From Pecten maximus (Eukaryota), in assembly GCF_902652985.1 (NCBI RefSeq), contig NC_047025.1:20088001-20152000 (forward strand): a DNA stretch of 64,000 bases, given 5' to 3'. Position numbers and translations under genes: made by a program. Under the pieces are notes generated by a model. That model was not told the origin of the DNA, searched no databases, and saw nothing but the letters and a program-made list of their open reading frames with translations. This document shows, one piece after another, positions 25,626 to 39,928 of this stretch (position 1 is the stretch's first letter; every line of letters begins with the position of its first letter).

Positions 25626-26750
25626 TCAATATACGTTTTCTATTTCGTCTATTGCAACATATTCCTTGATAACTCTTGGTAGGATCAGTTTCTGAATATT
25701 GTCCAAAATCGATCTGTCTCCGGATCCTAAATTCAGCGACTTCCGGATTGTCATGCGCGCTAGTTCCTGTAACGAGAAACAGTTGTGTACCCGCTCTCTT
25801 AGCCACACGATCATTTTGACACCATTTGTTCCCGTGGCATGACCTGAGAATGCTAGTCTTCTGAATGACCTTGAGAATGTTGGGATACGTCGTGTGCACT
25901 GTTCAACTTCCTCAATGGTTAGCCTATAACCACAGGTTACCAACAGTTTGACCACATTTGTGTCACATCGTGTGAAGGCGTCCACGAGAAGACTACGGCC
26001 ATACTGACCATGATCGTCCACTCGACACCCGTGGTACAGGAGCATCCCGGCAATGTAACTGTTGCCTATCGAAATACATGAGAGAAGAGGAGACCACTGA
26101 CCATCAGACTGACTCAGCCGTCCGCCATTCAGAACTAGCGTCCGACCTATCGAGTCCAAGGAACCGTACGAATTCTTCTGTGCGATTCGATAATAGAAAA
26201 TGGCAGTTGAAAAGGGTGTGGCTTTGTATTGTGTTAACGCGTTGACGTCAGCACCCCTGCTGATTAGCAGTCTTACAATATCCTTGTTACCTATCCGAAT
26301 GGCTTCGTGTAGAGGAGACCAGTCATTTTTGTTCTTGGAGTTGATTCCAACGTCTAGTTTACATAGTAGATGCACAACGGACTCTAAATTGTTGTGTATG
26401 GCGCGTTGTAGCACCGCGTTCCCCGCGTCATCTTTCGCGTTGACGTCACATCCCAACCCTATCAGCCACGTTGCTATGTCTGTCTTATGATGGTTGCACG
26501 CGATATGTAATGGCGTTTGACCCTTGTTGTCAGGCAGGTCAGCACTCCATTTTGAGTCCAACAAGAGACTTATTATATTTTTGTAGCCATACTCCGTCGC
26601 CCAGTGTAGTGCAGTGCGCCCTCTACAGTCCACATAGTCTATATTTCGGTAACAACTGTTAGATAAAATGGAGCGAACTTGACTCTCTTTTCCAGCTTTA
26701 ACGGCTTCCAAAAGGAAGTAATCCTCGTCAACGTTGATTTTATTTGGCAT
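25626..26750 (-). CDS. Ankyrin repeat and SOCS box protein (ASB family), 374 aa, single coding exon
   Basis: Ankyrin motifs GRTALHWA, GQTPLHIAC, WSPLHEAI, WSPLLSCI; C-terminal SOCS box SLQELARMTIRKSL...IQKLILPRVIKEYV. First ATG at 26750 with an in-frame stop upstream at 26790-26792. Confidence 0.92.
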   Translation of the reverse strand: MPNKINVDEDYFLLEAVKAGKESQVRSILSNSCYRNIDYVDCRGRTALHWATEYGYKNIISLLLDSKWSADLPDNKGQTPLHIACNHHKTDIATWLIGLGCDVNAKDDAGNAVLQRAIHNNLESVVHLLCKLDVGINSKNKNDWSPLHEAIRIGNKDIVRLLISRGADVNALTQYKATPFSTAIFYYRIAQKNSYGSLDSIGRTLVLNGGRLSQSDGQWSPLLSCISIGNSYIAGMLLYHGCRVDDHGQYGRSLLVDAFTRCDTNVVKLLVTCGYRLTIEEVEQCTRRIPTFSRSFRRLAFSGHATGTNGVKMIVWLRERVHNCFSLQELARMTIRKSLNLGSGDRSILDNIQKLILPRVIKEYVAIDEIENVY

Positions 26751-29369
26751 TTTGCTTTCACTTAATCCGTCTAACAAGCATACACAAGTCTATAGCGAGG
26801 CAGCTTCTCTGGTCTCGTGATGGTGATAATATTAATAAACTCGATGACGTATACATCAGAATGAGTCTTTGTTGTAGTTATATTGACGTCATTTCGTTAA
26901 AGCTCCATTTCTATTATTACTAACAACCAATCGATAGACGATATCACCTTTTTCACAAGATAGGACTAGTATCCTTGATTAGTCCTTCCTTTGGAACCGT
27001 GAAGCACAATTTCAGACAAAGTGTTGGCATTGGTATAACGAAATTCTTGTCAGTCATCCAACATGGTCGCTCAACTGAAAAGACATAAGCGAGAGGAATC
27101 ATAAATTGTTATAAACTTCATAAAATGACATAACAAACATATGTACATGATTTAGTAGGGTACAGTGTACATGGATATGCAATATCTGGGGTACGTACCG
27201 TGTTGGAGATAGGAGCCAGCCATGGATAACTGTTCCTCTGTTTGTATACACACACATGCGCAGTACGGTGTTTACTTTTTGGTGCATCCCGTTCCACGTT
27301 GGAACATAACTATAGAACGTATTTCCTGTCCCGGACCAGACTTGTTGCCCAGCCCATTCACTAGCGCCAGGGACGATGTAAAACTACGCACTCTGTGAGG
27401 ACAGAGTGAAGTAGACTCCACTACTGCTCCCTACACAGATACATATACACAGTAACGCCTTCCCTCCCATTTTCGTCTTGTACTATTTTACTTTGCTGAT
27501 ATTCCTGGTTTTACAAACGGGGAGGGGGCAGAGCTATCAGCTGACGGGCACGCGCGCGTGAGCGAATCGGTAAGGGAAGCCACACGCACGACTTACAGAT
27601 GCTGTTTAGAGCGAGCGGACAGATAACACAACTACTGTGTGCCTGTATCTATAGTGATAAGAGGCTACTTCTATCTAGCTAGACGTATAGTAGCCCAGTA
27701 TTGTTACCTACCTATGTACAAATCTCCTTTTTCTGGAACGGAGTACTTACGATATCATTACTTCTATACATATTACATAGCGACAGTCTCTCCAGAGAAA
27801 TACTGGGACTATTACAGTCGACAATTAGCGAAATGTAACGTACAGTCAATAGTTAGTTCACTGGCTGGGCACGAGTTCCTATTATTGACTAATTGCAGAT
27901 TACTTGTGTTTGTTCGAAAGTCTCAGTAAGGTTCCATTCTACGCGAAACCATGCGTGCAGTTTTGTATACAATACGTCGGAGACAATATTGCAGATTGCA
28001 TGTCCCCCATCCGAACGAAACAGTTAGCAATACATGTTTGATAACTAACCAAGTAAGGAAGAGCAACTAAATTTGAGTTCTTACAATATCTCTTCCCTTG
28101 TCCTTATGAATTCCTCGACACTGTTTTTGCCCCAGTGTAGAAGATAAACATCGAAAGAAAGAAATTATTCCTGTGATGTCAATATTATGGACCGGTGGAG
28201 ATGAGGAAAGGTTTGTTGTTCAAAGAGAAATGACAAGTCCATCCTTGTGTCAGTATAGTGGACTGGGAGAGATGGCATGCTTTGCGCCTGTGACGAGACT
28301 TAGTTTGGGGCATGGGGTGGTAGCTATTAAACTGATCACGCCAATGTCTCGGTGACCAAATCAGGTCACATCGGTGCCATTTGACTTCATGGTGACCTTC
28401 AGGCATTTGTTGTGTAGAATGGACGCACTTTGCAGCACGAAATTATCTTACTGTAGACACCTACTTAACATTACATCGTAAACAAGGTTTTACACTGTAC
28501 GTGTGTAGAAAATAGAAAGGTTATACCACGTGACCAAAGTGAGATAGGCTCTCATGACTTACGGAGAGGTCAATACAGAGCGATTTCTTCTGTTAGATAG
28601 TCTATCGGCTGCCAACAACTACAGAAACCCTTGTTGTAAGGTCGTTACAAAGCCTTCTAGTGTTTATAAGCTATCTCCGCACGAGATTTATTCGTGCTGC
28701 TAGAATGTTGTATGAAATGTCATAATTAATGCACGTGTTGAGCGATATACACAGTACAGAAACGCGCGTAAACGACTTCATGCACATCCTAAGATTTAGC
28801 TGTTTCAGACCGACAAGAAAGAAGTAGTATAGCAGCATCTACATCGGGTATTTCCGTAAAACACCCAGCAATACAATGAAACATCTCCGGGAAATCTCCG
28901 ACAAACTTCGGAAATCCTACTTTTAGACTCGCATGGCCTGTACTCAACCTGTATCAATCTTGTCATCGAGCGATGCCTCGTGATCTTGATGAGTCTATGT
29001 CTATTGCGTATATAGATCCCCTGTACCTCATGAACAAATTACGGCCCATGTTGTAAGATGAACTCTGACCTTACAGGAAGTAAGCATGGTTGTGCCAATA
29101 ATAAGTTGATGGGATTGTTTCCGCTAGGATGAGGGAAGTAGGGACTCCAAACCACAGAACACCGGCACGTCACGGGTCAAATAAAGCACTCGTATAAGAT
29201 AATATGTTTCGTCGACTTTACCAGATCGAGTAAGGTATTAAAGTATTGGAAGTATAAGATAAAGAACAATCAAGCCGATGTTGTGTTGTATGACAGGGGT
29301 ATGTCTAGTCTTATATCAAAAAAATATATTTATTACATTATGGGTTTGATTTTCCTGAACTATACGCAT

Positions 29370-30155
29370 AAGCTATATTATACAGTTTGCGGCCTCGGGA
29401 AACAGTTCATCAGGTTGGTCCCAACACCTCGGGGAAGAGTTTTGACTGTTGACTGATAAGACATGAAACAACTGTTTTGTTACCTGAATAATCCACAAGA
29501 TTTCACTTATATGCTATTTTATTTAGCTGAGGAACGCGTAAAAAGTGTTCAGTAAATTCTTATTCCAAAGTTGACGTTCCTTTGACCTCGCAGTACGCTG
29601 TAAAAATTCATATACACCCTTTTATGACGTTTGATGTGGTAGCCGAATCCCTGTTGAGTGGAGATTTCTAGTGAGCGTTGCTAGAGATCCTGTTTACAAA
29701 TCACGATCAGAAAAACGCTTCATCGTAACAATTTTGGTGTTTGGACGCGTGCAGATATTCCTTGCCAGTCAACAGTCAAAAATATTCATCGGTGAACAGC
29801 AGGTAACAATTTGAACTATTGCACGGCTAAAACGACTTATTGCACGGTCACATGCGAACTATTGAACACCTGTGACGTTTCGGAATTTTGGCCTACCGTT
29901 TCAAGCGTCTAAGTCACTCAGATGTCAACACTGCCAGACGACAATCATTGCAACTTCTAGGCTTACTATGTGTATTTTAGTGATTATGTAATAAAAAAAA
30001 GTATATCATGGGTGCAAAAGTCCAGAATATTTGACCCTCGGTACTGGTAATCGAACTTCGGCCTCGTGCAATAGAACATCGGTCGATTACCAGTACCTCG
30101 TGTCAAATATATACATTCAGACTTCTGGACTATTGCACAGACACCCATGATATAT
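29370..30155. mobile_element. Degenerate hairpin-ended non-autonomous element
   Basis: Long imperfect hairpin at about 30003-30153 (ATATCATGGGTGCAAAAGTCCAGAA...TTCTGGACTATTGCACAGACACCCATGATAT). Inverted TTTTGACTGTTGACTG / CAGTCAACAGTCAAAA pair at about 29440 and 29767. Ends approximate. Confidence 0.5.
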
Positions 30156-30197
30156 TTGTATGATATACGCTGTATATAGGTATTTCTAGTTATTCTT

Positions 30198-30577
30198 TTT
30201 TTCGGCATAGCCGTATAATTTTCTTTTTGTCCCTGGTATGACGCGACAGGTGGCGTTACTGGTCAAGATGAAGTATGTGATTGGTCAATGTAGCGGTAAA
30301 TGCAAAATGCAGATATGCAGTTAAAAACGAAACAAAGTTAAGATTGAATGCAAGCTGAATAAGTGGAGGAATCTTTTCAAATGACACATTAATAAAATTA
30401 TATTCCTGATTCAAATGCGGTCTTATTATCACCAAAAATGATTCAAACTGATATAATTTTGTTATCCGTGCTGAAACGGATTAGATCGTTAATTTATTTC
30501 AACAGCAGGCAGCGGTTTTACATTATAACCATCAGCATTAAAACTATGCCGTTTATCTTTTTTAAAGATATTTCTTG
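30198..30577 (-). repeat. Dispersed repeat, inverted copy of 13353-13768 (empty-site version)
   Basis: Direct alignment by eye. Confidence 0.9.
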
Positions 30578-33241
30578 TTGAAATATAAGATAAGTCAAGT
30601 CATGCCTCTGTGGCGATAACGTGGAACCTGAACAAAAATACATTTTGCATATTATTTATCCTAAATTTTTCTGGAAATTGATTTTAAATTACTACACTAT
30701 ATTCTACCTAAAAAAATCAGGTAAAGATGTATTCAAAAGGGTTGGTTACAACGGCCGACAGGAACTTAAGGAAGGATGCGAGCCCGTCTGACGGTATGGC
30801 GGAACTCTTACTTCCGTTGGTTTCATGATTATTATGCATTAATGACCTAGCATAACAAAGTGTCTGTAGTAAACCTGAAGTGTATGAAACCTACTGCTGG
30901 CCTCTATCAATAGCAAGGTAACTAGATTTACGTCACGGCGAATTTTGAAGACAACAAACAAAATTGTTCCGCGAACAGTTTGAAATTACTTCTCCGTTAC
31001 AAACCCCACTGAACGCGATTCGCAATGTAACATATTTGCCCTTGACGGACGAATATATAATCCTAGTATAACACTTTCAACTATAAATGTGTGTGTGTTT
31101 TTCTTTCTTTATGTGTTAGATGTTGATATTTCATAACAGAGCACACGTTGTATTGCACAGATGATGAACTATATTGTATTCGTCATATCCGTAAGCTTCG
31201 TCCTTCCGGAAAGATGAGCAGGCATCCGAGACAAAACGGAACATAACTTCCGGAGGCATGTCACGTGGTGACACCATAATCAAGAGCACGTGAACTACAT
31301 ATGAAAATTATGCACATTTAGTATAGTTTTTGAAGGTTAACTTCAAGTTGTGGTACTACAATGTAGGAAGTTATACGTTAATTACAATCCAAACAGGGAA
31401 CAAACCTATTGGATTAAACCAAAACATGACATGAAGCGTATTTAACCCTAGTCAAAGCATAACGATACCACTTTCAGTAATACCATGGTATTCGACAGAC
31501 ATTGACCGATTCCCTTTAAGGAAATCACCAAATATCAGTAATACCTTATTCGCAGTCAAATTTAATTGGACCATGGCCTGAACATCATACATAATATAAG
31601 TATCAAGTTTGGTCAGTGTCCGGAATTACATGTACATTGAGACGGAAGGATACCCTTACAAACGTCTTATAGGAAGCAGATGAGAACCGACATTAAGAAT
31701 GTTAACATTTACATTTTTTTCTTTTGATAAAATGATTAAAAATATAGCATTCTGAAGTTACTGTATGTATAATGTATATAATATTACTTCACACAATAGC
31801 ACCGTTAAGACCCCTGACATAGGTTGAAGAATTAGATAACTCTTATCTAAATCTGTGGTAAAATTTAACAATTTCTGATATTCTGTTGTCGTTTCCTTTG
31901 TTTTAACTTTGAGTTATACTTTTAATATCGAAATACTAATTATAGCTCGTTGAAATATTTGCACGAGAAGTTAACCGTAACTATACCGTTTATAGAAACA
32001 ATTAATGTGATTTAGAAAACTGAAACATTTACTGAAAACAAATAATGAAAAATACTTACCAGTTCATTGCCCTCTAGCATTGCAGCCCAGTGTAACGAGG
32101 AAGAAACTAATCCGTGGTTTTATATCGGGTCGAGAAGTCCGGAAATCGTGAATCTGGAGGAGGCGGGGTCTGTGTCAACGGTCACTGGTCACGGGAATCG
32201 ATGTGACTGAAATCCAATTAAAATCTCACTAAAATGTCAATCTAAACCTACACGTTTGTACGATAGTGGTACATTTATCTACTCTAAGTACTGACTTTAA
32301 CTGACAGTTTTATACAATTCAGCAATACCATTTCAATATCAGCAATGTTAATTCTAACCAAGGAATTTATAACACAACGTTACGCCTACACGTGTATGTG
32401 TCATCAAACACAAGTTTGTATTATGTATCTATAGTTAATACCTACTAATTATGGACGGTCATTTGACACGCGCCGACCGCGAGCCAGGCCTGACTCGTGT
32501 TTATAAATACGCTGGTTTTGTTTATTGGTTTTATTTATGAGTCCGCGAAACTGACCACTCTGACATATTACGTGTAAAACACACACAAGCACAAATCTCC
32601 ATATCCGATAATGGGATTGTGGTGTCTAGGTTTTACGATAAGGGGAGGGGAGACTATAAAGGTCAAAGGTTAAAGACCATCCCCTATCATTCGTCTTTAG
32701 ACCCAAACCTCATTCCATCAAGATCGACTTGATTATATAGATAATATCGGTAAATATAGTGTACATGTACATACACATACTGCTACAATAAAGATATTTC
32801 CATTCTATAAAATCGTTAAATATTTGGATCTTCGCTAATGTGACACCCCTCGGTCAAGGCTCTTAATAATGAATACCGAGAAGAGTTTTTTTTAACGATT
32901 TTTAACCCAGTCCGCCTAAACATCTAGAAAAGTGTTATACACACCAGGAAATGTCCTAACAATCATAGACTGCAACAAATTGTCAGCTCCCTGTGACTGC
33001 ATGGAGTGACATTGATAATTTTAGTCCGACGCTAGTCGGTTAGAAACAGAAATCGATGAAACGTGGTGGTTTGTATAGCTCACCGTCAAATTACGTGTTT
33101 GTCATCATAATTTTACAATAAAAATGTTTTTATCGTAAACTTGTACTTGTAAAATGTAAACGTGTGCCACAAACTTACTGTGTGTATTCAAATGTGCCAT
33201 TTGTTGAAAGTGTATATATCGACGTGTAGTCCCAAATAAAC

Positions 33242-33311
33242 TAGCCCGAGTTTCCTCTGGCCCTGACACCATGTCTAGTGTAGGTGTCAGGGCCAGAGGA
33301 AACTCGGGCTA
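33242..33311. mobile_element. 70-bp hairpin mini-element (TAG...CTA termini, 29-bp perfect arms)
   Basis: TAGCCCGAGTTTCCTCTGGCCCTGACACC, 12-nt loop, exact reverse complement. Flanks CAAATAAAC / AAAATAAAC (8 of 9 match). Confidence 0.85.
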
Positions 33312-36300
33312 AAAATAAACTACTGATAGCAATATTATTTCTGTTCTTTAGGAAGCCTAATGCTATAGTTAAGTGATTCGACTGTAACAGATTCGATACA
33401 TTTCGTTCATGATGTGATAAATGACACAGATGTTTTAAATACAACTATTTTTTTTTGTAAATATGCAGCTAGTTTTAAACAGAACGTAACAATATTTATC
33501 TAATCACATTACACGCTTTGTCTCAGTGTTAACTCACCAGCTTTCCTGGTTGTGTGATTCTTCGGTATCAACGAAGACGAATGATACGTGTTTGGCTGTA
33601 ATGTTAATGATATTTCAATTCCGTAATTAATTCCTTGATAACTGCTCTACACGACTTTATGTATTGTACATACTAGCTAACAGGTCACCGGTGCTTGTCA
33701 TGTACAAAGCGGGTGTCACTTCATTATGTTAAGTTTTCCGGGTTTGCTATAGAACCAATCCATATATACCCGGAGCTACAAATCTTACCGTAATACGATC
33801 CTGATATCTGAACAGATAATACAATGTTTAAGCTACTTATATGTAGGTATTCCTAGAATTTAGCTATCAATTTTTAAAAACAATCTATGAAAATATGTGT
33901 CTTGAAAATAACTTAAAAACTAATTTTATTGGAGATGTGCATCTCTCAGAGTATATTGTCTCTGGTACGTATTTATTATATTTTGATATTGTCAATGTTA
34001 TGTAAATGTGTATGTGTAGGATATTGATGAGTCGGAAGACTCAAAGTTAATAAAGAACTTGAATCCTGATGAGTATGGTTTCCGCTTCCAATGTATACAC
34101 CTGTTCGGAACACAGGGACCTGATAAATTGTTACAGTCTATGAGTAACTGGACCTTCCCTAGTAGTATAGCACATTTTCAGGAGTTTTATAACGCAAATT
34201 TAAAATAGGCGTAATTTTTACCGAATTTAAATGCCCCCCCCCCCCCTCCCCCTGGGAATCTCTAGAGTGAATGAAGTTTTAATCAATTGATAACCTGCCA
34301 ATATGTACGTACATTCTAGTTATTTTGCCGTCTCCTTATTAATTATAATTAACTACCTTCGTTGCCACGTGCTGCGGCACTAAGTGTAGTTGTCACCAGT
34401 ATACATGTGGTCTCTATGTTATACAGCAAATAATGATGATGAAAACATACTTTTGGAATACCAGACTTCGGAGAATCGGGTATTCGGAATATCGGGTATT
34501 CGAAACCTATTGGTTACTTAAACATGATATAAGATATATACACCCGCAATATCACAGACAAAACCAGGTAACATTGATACGTTATGTATAACCCACAGGG
34601 ACTTGGATCAATTCAAACCCACGGTCCATATGGTGTATCATATAATATTGGGGATTTATGCCAAATCCCTGTGATACGGTCAACCACTCAATCAGCCCTT
34701 GACTCGAGTGCGCCTACAAATTGCCTTGAAATCGACCATGAAAGGATCGTACAAAGGATCCCCAGACAAGCTAGGGAATAAAGAGTGTCCATCCTTGTGA
34801 AATCTTAATTTCAAATGAATAAGTGAAACTGACACCTGTAAAGATGACCTGTAACTACATCAATGTGTGGAACTCCCATCTAACGACAACATCAAGATAG
34901 GATGTGGGCGGGGCACACATACAAATTACAGGCATTAACATGTAATCACCATTGGTCTGTAATAAATCGTCATTAGGTCCACTGACCCGCCCAGTGTACG
35001 GACATCGTACGTCCAGTTACTGACCAACATAAGTCATGTCCACACTAAGCACATCTGTGTACTGTCATTTGACTTAACTTGTTACATGAATTTTACAAAA
35101 AAAAAAAAAAAAAAAAAAATTGGATTGTGAATATTATATAATAAATACATAGGTAAAGTTATCGACTTAATCTATGCTAACTGAAGCTCTTGTAACCCTA
35201 ATCATGGACCCGAGCTATCTTAGGATTGAACAACTTACTGACGATTTTATAATTACATTACCACTTTGACGTAATAAGAATCGTGGACATCATTCTATTA
35301 TTCTAAAATTAATCTTTGTTTTAAATTGCTGCACTAGTTTTAACTCTCACATGACTTTTTTTGAAGTTGTTTTTGAGGATATCGCAGTTAATTTCCCCAC
35401 ACGAGATTCCACTGAACTAACCAGGCTTTCAAAACTAGATAATGAATAAAACAATATTACCCCGGAAATGTTAGTGGTACATCAAGACATCCAGCCGATC
35501 TGTGGTAACTTATCAACATGATTTCAGAATATTCATATTTCTGTTCTGATTCCTTAGTGACAACGTTATTGAGTGAACTCACCCAACTGTTTCAGTTTCC
35601 TGTATCTACGATCAAGTTCTAGCAATCCAAACCGAACATCCACATTTCGTTAATAGAATATGTTCTTATCATTGGCGATGGTCTGTACTTATGTTTCTCC
35701 ATTTTTCATGTAATTTTCTCTGCATAAAAATTTTGTTGATAGTGGGCCTATTCGGCACTCAGAGATATTTAGAACACAGGCTTATATCTTGATCAGTGTA
35801 CGTCAGGGATCGGTGCAGGAGTATGGGATACTGCATCCCTTACGTAGAGGCTAGGGGTCAGTTTAACCTTTTGTCCGGAGTATGACCAGGAGATACACAT
35901 CGACGGCCTGGTCAGCTGTCCGTCAAGTCTGCCATAATAAGGTGTTAGATGTAAGAGATAAGTATATAATTATGTATGTACACAGACGTAAACTGACTAG
36001 CACGATCCTTTCCTCTGTGGTAAGCGAGCTCCCCATTGTGTTGGGGTAGTTGGAGGTTTAAATGGTCGTAAAAGTTAAGTGGAGTTAATTGGGATGGTAA
36101 AGTGCTCGACAATTCAAGCATGTTCATGTTGAATGTTCAGCGTCTTACGTGGTTATTTTAGGAAGTTCACTAGTTATATTTAACACCATTCTGTCACACA
36201 AACGTTCTGAAAAAACGATCTCGTAATCGGCTATTATTTCATTTACATTGTAACGCTGGTGAAGTTTGACTTGGAACATAAGTATCTATACTGAGTCGGC

Positions 36301-39092
36301 AAATCCAAGAAAAACAGTGTTAACTCTAACACACACAAAACTTTTGACTGTCTGGACAGGGGTCAAGTCCCTAGCCTACAGGCCAGATTTGGCCAATACG
36401 GTCAGCTACAGTAGACTGTTATGTCTGCACAAGAACATTAAACCACTAGGTTTCGTAATTTTCGAAGTTGTTTTCACACGATTTTTATTTGCAAGGATTG
36501 CATTTCACCGACAACTAACTGATGAGACCATTTCTCTTTTTACATGTAGTTTTTAATAGACCTGCAATATTTAAAATATTACGAATAACTTGGAGTATAT
36601 GCAGGGTTGTGTGTGTTAGTTGTGTAAGCTCTAAAGATTTTTCCCCCCAAAAATCTTCGTCTGGGGAGACAGTTCAATTCTGTTTATGTATAAATGAGAT
36701 TAAGTAAGAAAGTATCGACAGTATAATGACATTAATGCAGTTGAATTATAAGTTACAACTAGTTAAATTTATAACTGATTTTACTAAAAAGTGTGCATAC
36801 TGACACTATCTTATTAAAATCATATATTGAACTACACTCCGCCACGTCAATCATATTCATGCTTTATATGTAATGCATACCCAATGGTACTAAGTGCGTT
36901 TTACAGATTTTACCTACACATAAAATATCATAACTAATACCACATTAAAATGTGGCAAGGAAATCTTCACATAATGTAGGCCCCTGACGTGACTCATTAT
37001 TGTATTCCTTTAAGAAAACAACAGATGTACAGGCACGCGTCTTCAGGTGCAAATAATTGATTTTTCAACGACACACGTTTTATTTTTGTATGACAGTAGT
37101 ATTTTGAAGGCTGAAAACTTGATTAATATGACAATGCTACATTGCACACACATGTACGTACAGAGTGCGGAGGATAGGTGATGGTAAACCGGAGATTCCT
37201 AATGCTTTATTGGCCTTACGACTAACATGTTATGGGGTGGGTGTGACAATATACAATCTGTGGTGTGTATTGATCACGGTACAATAGCGGTCTATTTGTA
37301 TTAGTATCCAGTCTCCAAACGTACATGTCTGGACTACATGTACCTGTAACTAGTGGGACATAGCAAACCTACATTATTGATGTCTCCGTCAGCAAGAATT
37401 AAACCTGAACCTTAGACACTTCTTTAAATTATTGATCCACTGAAGCGATTGAATTTCCATGTAGGTAGCTATATGATCTGCAGTATTTATTCGTTCAGGT
37501 TTGAGATTCACTTTTGACGAGGAACTTTTATTTACATATGTGCTGTTTTACTTAGTAAATCTGAGTTAAGGGTGTTCTATTTTTATAAATAATTAAGATT
37601 AACTGGGTAGATGCATTTGTATACATGCAATAGCCTGTTTCGTAGTTGAAAAAAAAAGTTTGAATGACAATTACATGTACATGTATGTACACGGTGTAAA
37701 ATCAGTCGGTACCTCGGACACTGAAAATAAATTTATGCCTGTTATACGGATTTACATTTTTTTTTAAAACTACAGTTAGTGTAGATGGTGGGGTATACAT
37801 GTAACATTAATATGTCCACGTATAGAATTACATCACTGTCATTTTAAACGCTCTGAATATATGTCCATAAATTCTTGGAATTATGTATTAGGTAAACGCT
37901 CTGGGATTTGAAAATATATATGTGGGCCGGAGTACACGTCCGTGTGGACGTCCCGGTTAGATTTCATGCATCTGTTCGTTGACTAGTCTACCAGGTAATC
38001 TTAGTCGATCGTAATCCAAGACATTGTTCACAGATAGTAAATGTTTATAAGCCTCTAGACCGTACACGGCAGTCTGAAGGTGAGCCCAGTGTTGAATATA
38101 TTTATATATATATATTGTAATCAAATTATCAAAATTCGAATGCAGTTATATATAACATGAGTGGCCCCTGATAATTTGACGTATGTACAAGAAACACACA
38201 CATGTGACATGTAATTGGACTTACCCGAGTTACACGTATTCCTGTTTAAATCAAAACAGCATCAAGTTCATGATCAGCAGCAGCAGCTCTCGATGGCAGA
38301 CAACAAAGGAAGCACCTGTTGATGGACTGTATAACGTTATCCTCGACATCTATCAAATTAGTCGACTTGGTCGTAAGGATGAGGGTATAAATACACACGG
38401 CAATATAAATAGGAAGTATGTGTGCTCATTGTTGACTTTAAACAATGTTTACACATGTGATTGATCTAAAAATAGAATGCTAACGGAGAATTTCCTATAC
38501 GTTTTCAACCAATGAGAGGTCTTCATTTATTCACGCCGAGTATAGTGTGACGTCATAACCTGTTAGGAAATTTTGTCATTTCCTTGTGAAGTAATAACAA
38601 ATATAGCCAAATATACACGGGTTTTATTCTTTTCAAACATAGGAAATCAAAGTGACACGATGGGGAGTAAGCTAGACGGTATGTATTCGAATATTGCGCT
38701 CACAGGATTGACGAATTTTGAGCGTCAAGTATGGGTTTGGCATAAAACATGTTATTGCTATATTAAAATTTGTTTATATTTTTGTTTCCACCCGGCAGTT
38801 GTCCAAAATGTGAAACCAAAAGCGTCGTCAAGCAACGATATATAAGCAGCCTCATGCTACTAAGATTTACTTTCTGTTGTTGATTTAATTGGGCCTAGTA
38901 AGTTGGGGTTATTTGATCATGATCACCGTGTTCTAATCATCTTACCTATATTCATTGGTGACATCATGATCATATGCACGTGACAAATTAATTGTGTTGG
39001 TGACCGTACTATACAATATATGTATATATATATGAAGCTTAAGTATATACAATAATTATAAAAAAAAATCAAAATCAACTTCAACATTCATA

Positions 39093-39168
39093 TAGCCAGA
39101 GTTTTCTCTGGCCCTGTACATGTCGCCATGTCTGGTGCAGGTGACAGGGCCAGAGAAAACTTGGGCTA
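39093..39168. mobile_element. Second, diverged copy of the 70-bp hairpin mini-element
   Basis: TAGCCAGAGTTTTCTCTGGCCCTG...CAGGGCCAGAGAAAACTTGGGCTA. Confidence 0.75.
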
Positions 39169-39928
39169 CCCGGCATAATGCATGCTCCCATTTCATTTGA
39201 TTAGTTGATTTATACATGCAGTTTAACTTATTTCTATCACAGACAGGTGGGAATTTCCCTTAAATTATTGACAGAATGTTTGTTTAGAGATCAGTATTAG
39301 TTAATTAATTATCTTTTCCATAATTAGTACTTTAGTGATAAAGATTTGGTGCCACTGACCACACAAAGGGAACAGTAAAGTAAGCTGCATGCTAAGAAGA
39401 CTGAGAGGCTTATTTGGTTTAATTTTTCAATTTGTCTATGGTAGCTACTGCAGCAAGTTATATTATAAATGTGTTTGTTCACTTACCAGAAAGCAAGAGG
39501 TTGCTAGAACAAGCCCCAGTGCGACAGGGTATTTTTCAGTAATCCTTCAAATTTTATTTTACAATACAGTTACAATGTACAATGTACAAATGTACATATT
39601 AATAATGACAGAGAAATCAGTAGATCAAGTTTTTGACTCTTTAGCTTGAGGAGATTAATATCTTTTGGACAGTCATGACTTTTCAGATTTCTGGGAAATG
39701 GCTATCTGACTTCTGAAAGTCCAGAGTCAACTGAAAATGCTCAATGAAATAGAAAATTCTGTGTCGGAACCTAGTAGTCTGAAAGTCATATAATATTACA
39801 GACAAAAAAATCTGTTTCCTTACAGTTTGGTATGTATCATTTGCTGTTAATTTCACTTAATATATATAGATATCTTTTTAAGGTTTTATAACATTCTAAT
39901 GTTAATATTTTTTATTTCTATTTTTCAG

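Noticed and set aside
28840-32150. NF-kB/STAT/ETS-like motifs upstream of the ASB gene (e.g. GGGAAATCTCC, TTCCGGAAA)
   Set aside because: Short motifs expected by chance and the transcription start is unknown.
33860-35120. Possible LINE 3' tail (AATAAAGAACTTGAA near 34050) and a poly-A run near 35097-35119
   Set aside because: No coding remnant or TSD could be identified, so no element call is supported.
37900-39830. Candidate CHMP1 first exons (donor-like sites near 37994, 38079, 38897, 39829)
   Set aside because: None gave a convincing in-frame ATG in the required phase; left unassigned.
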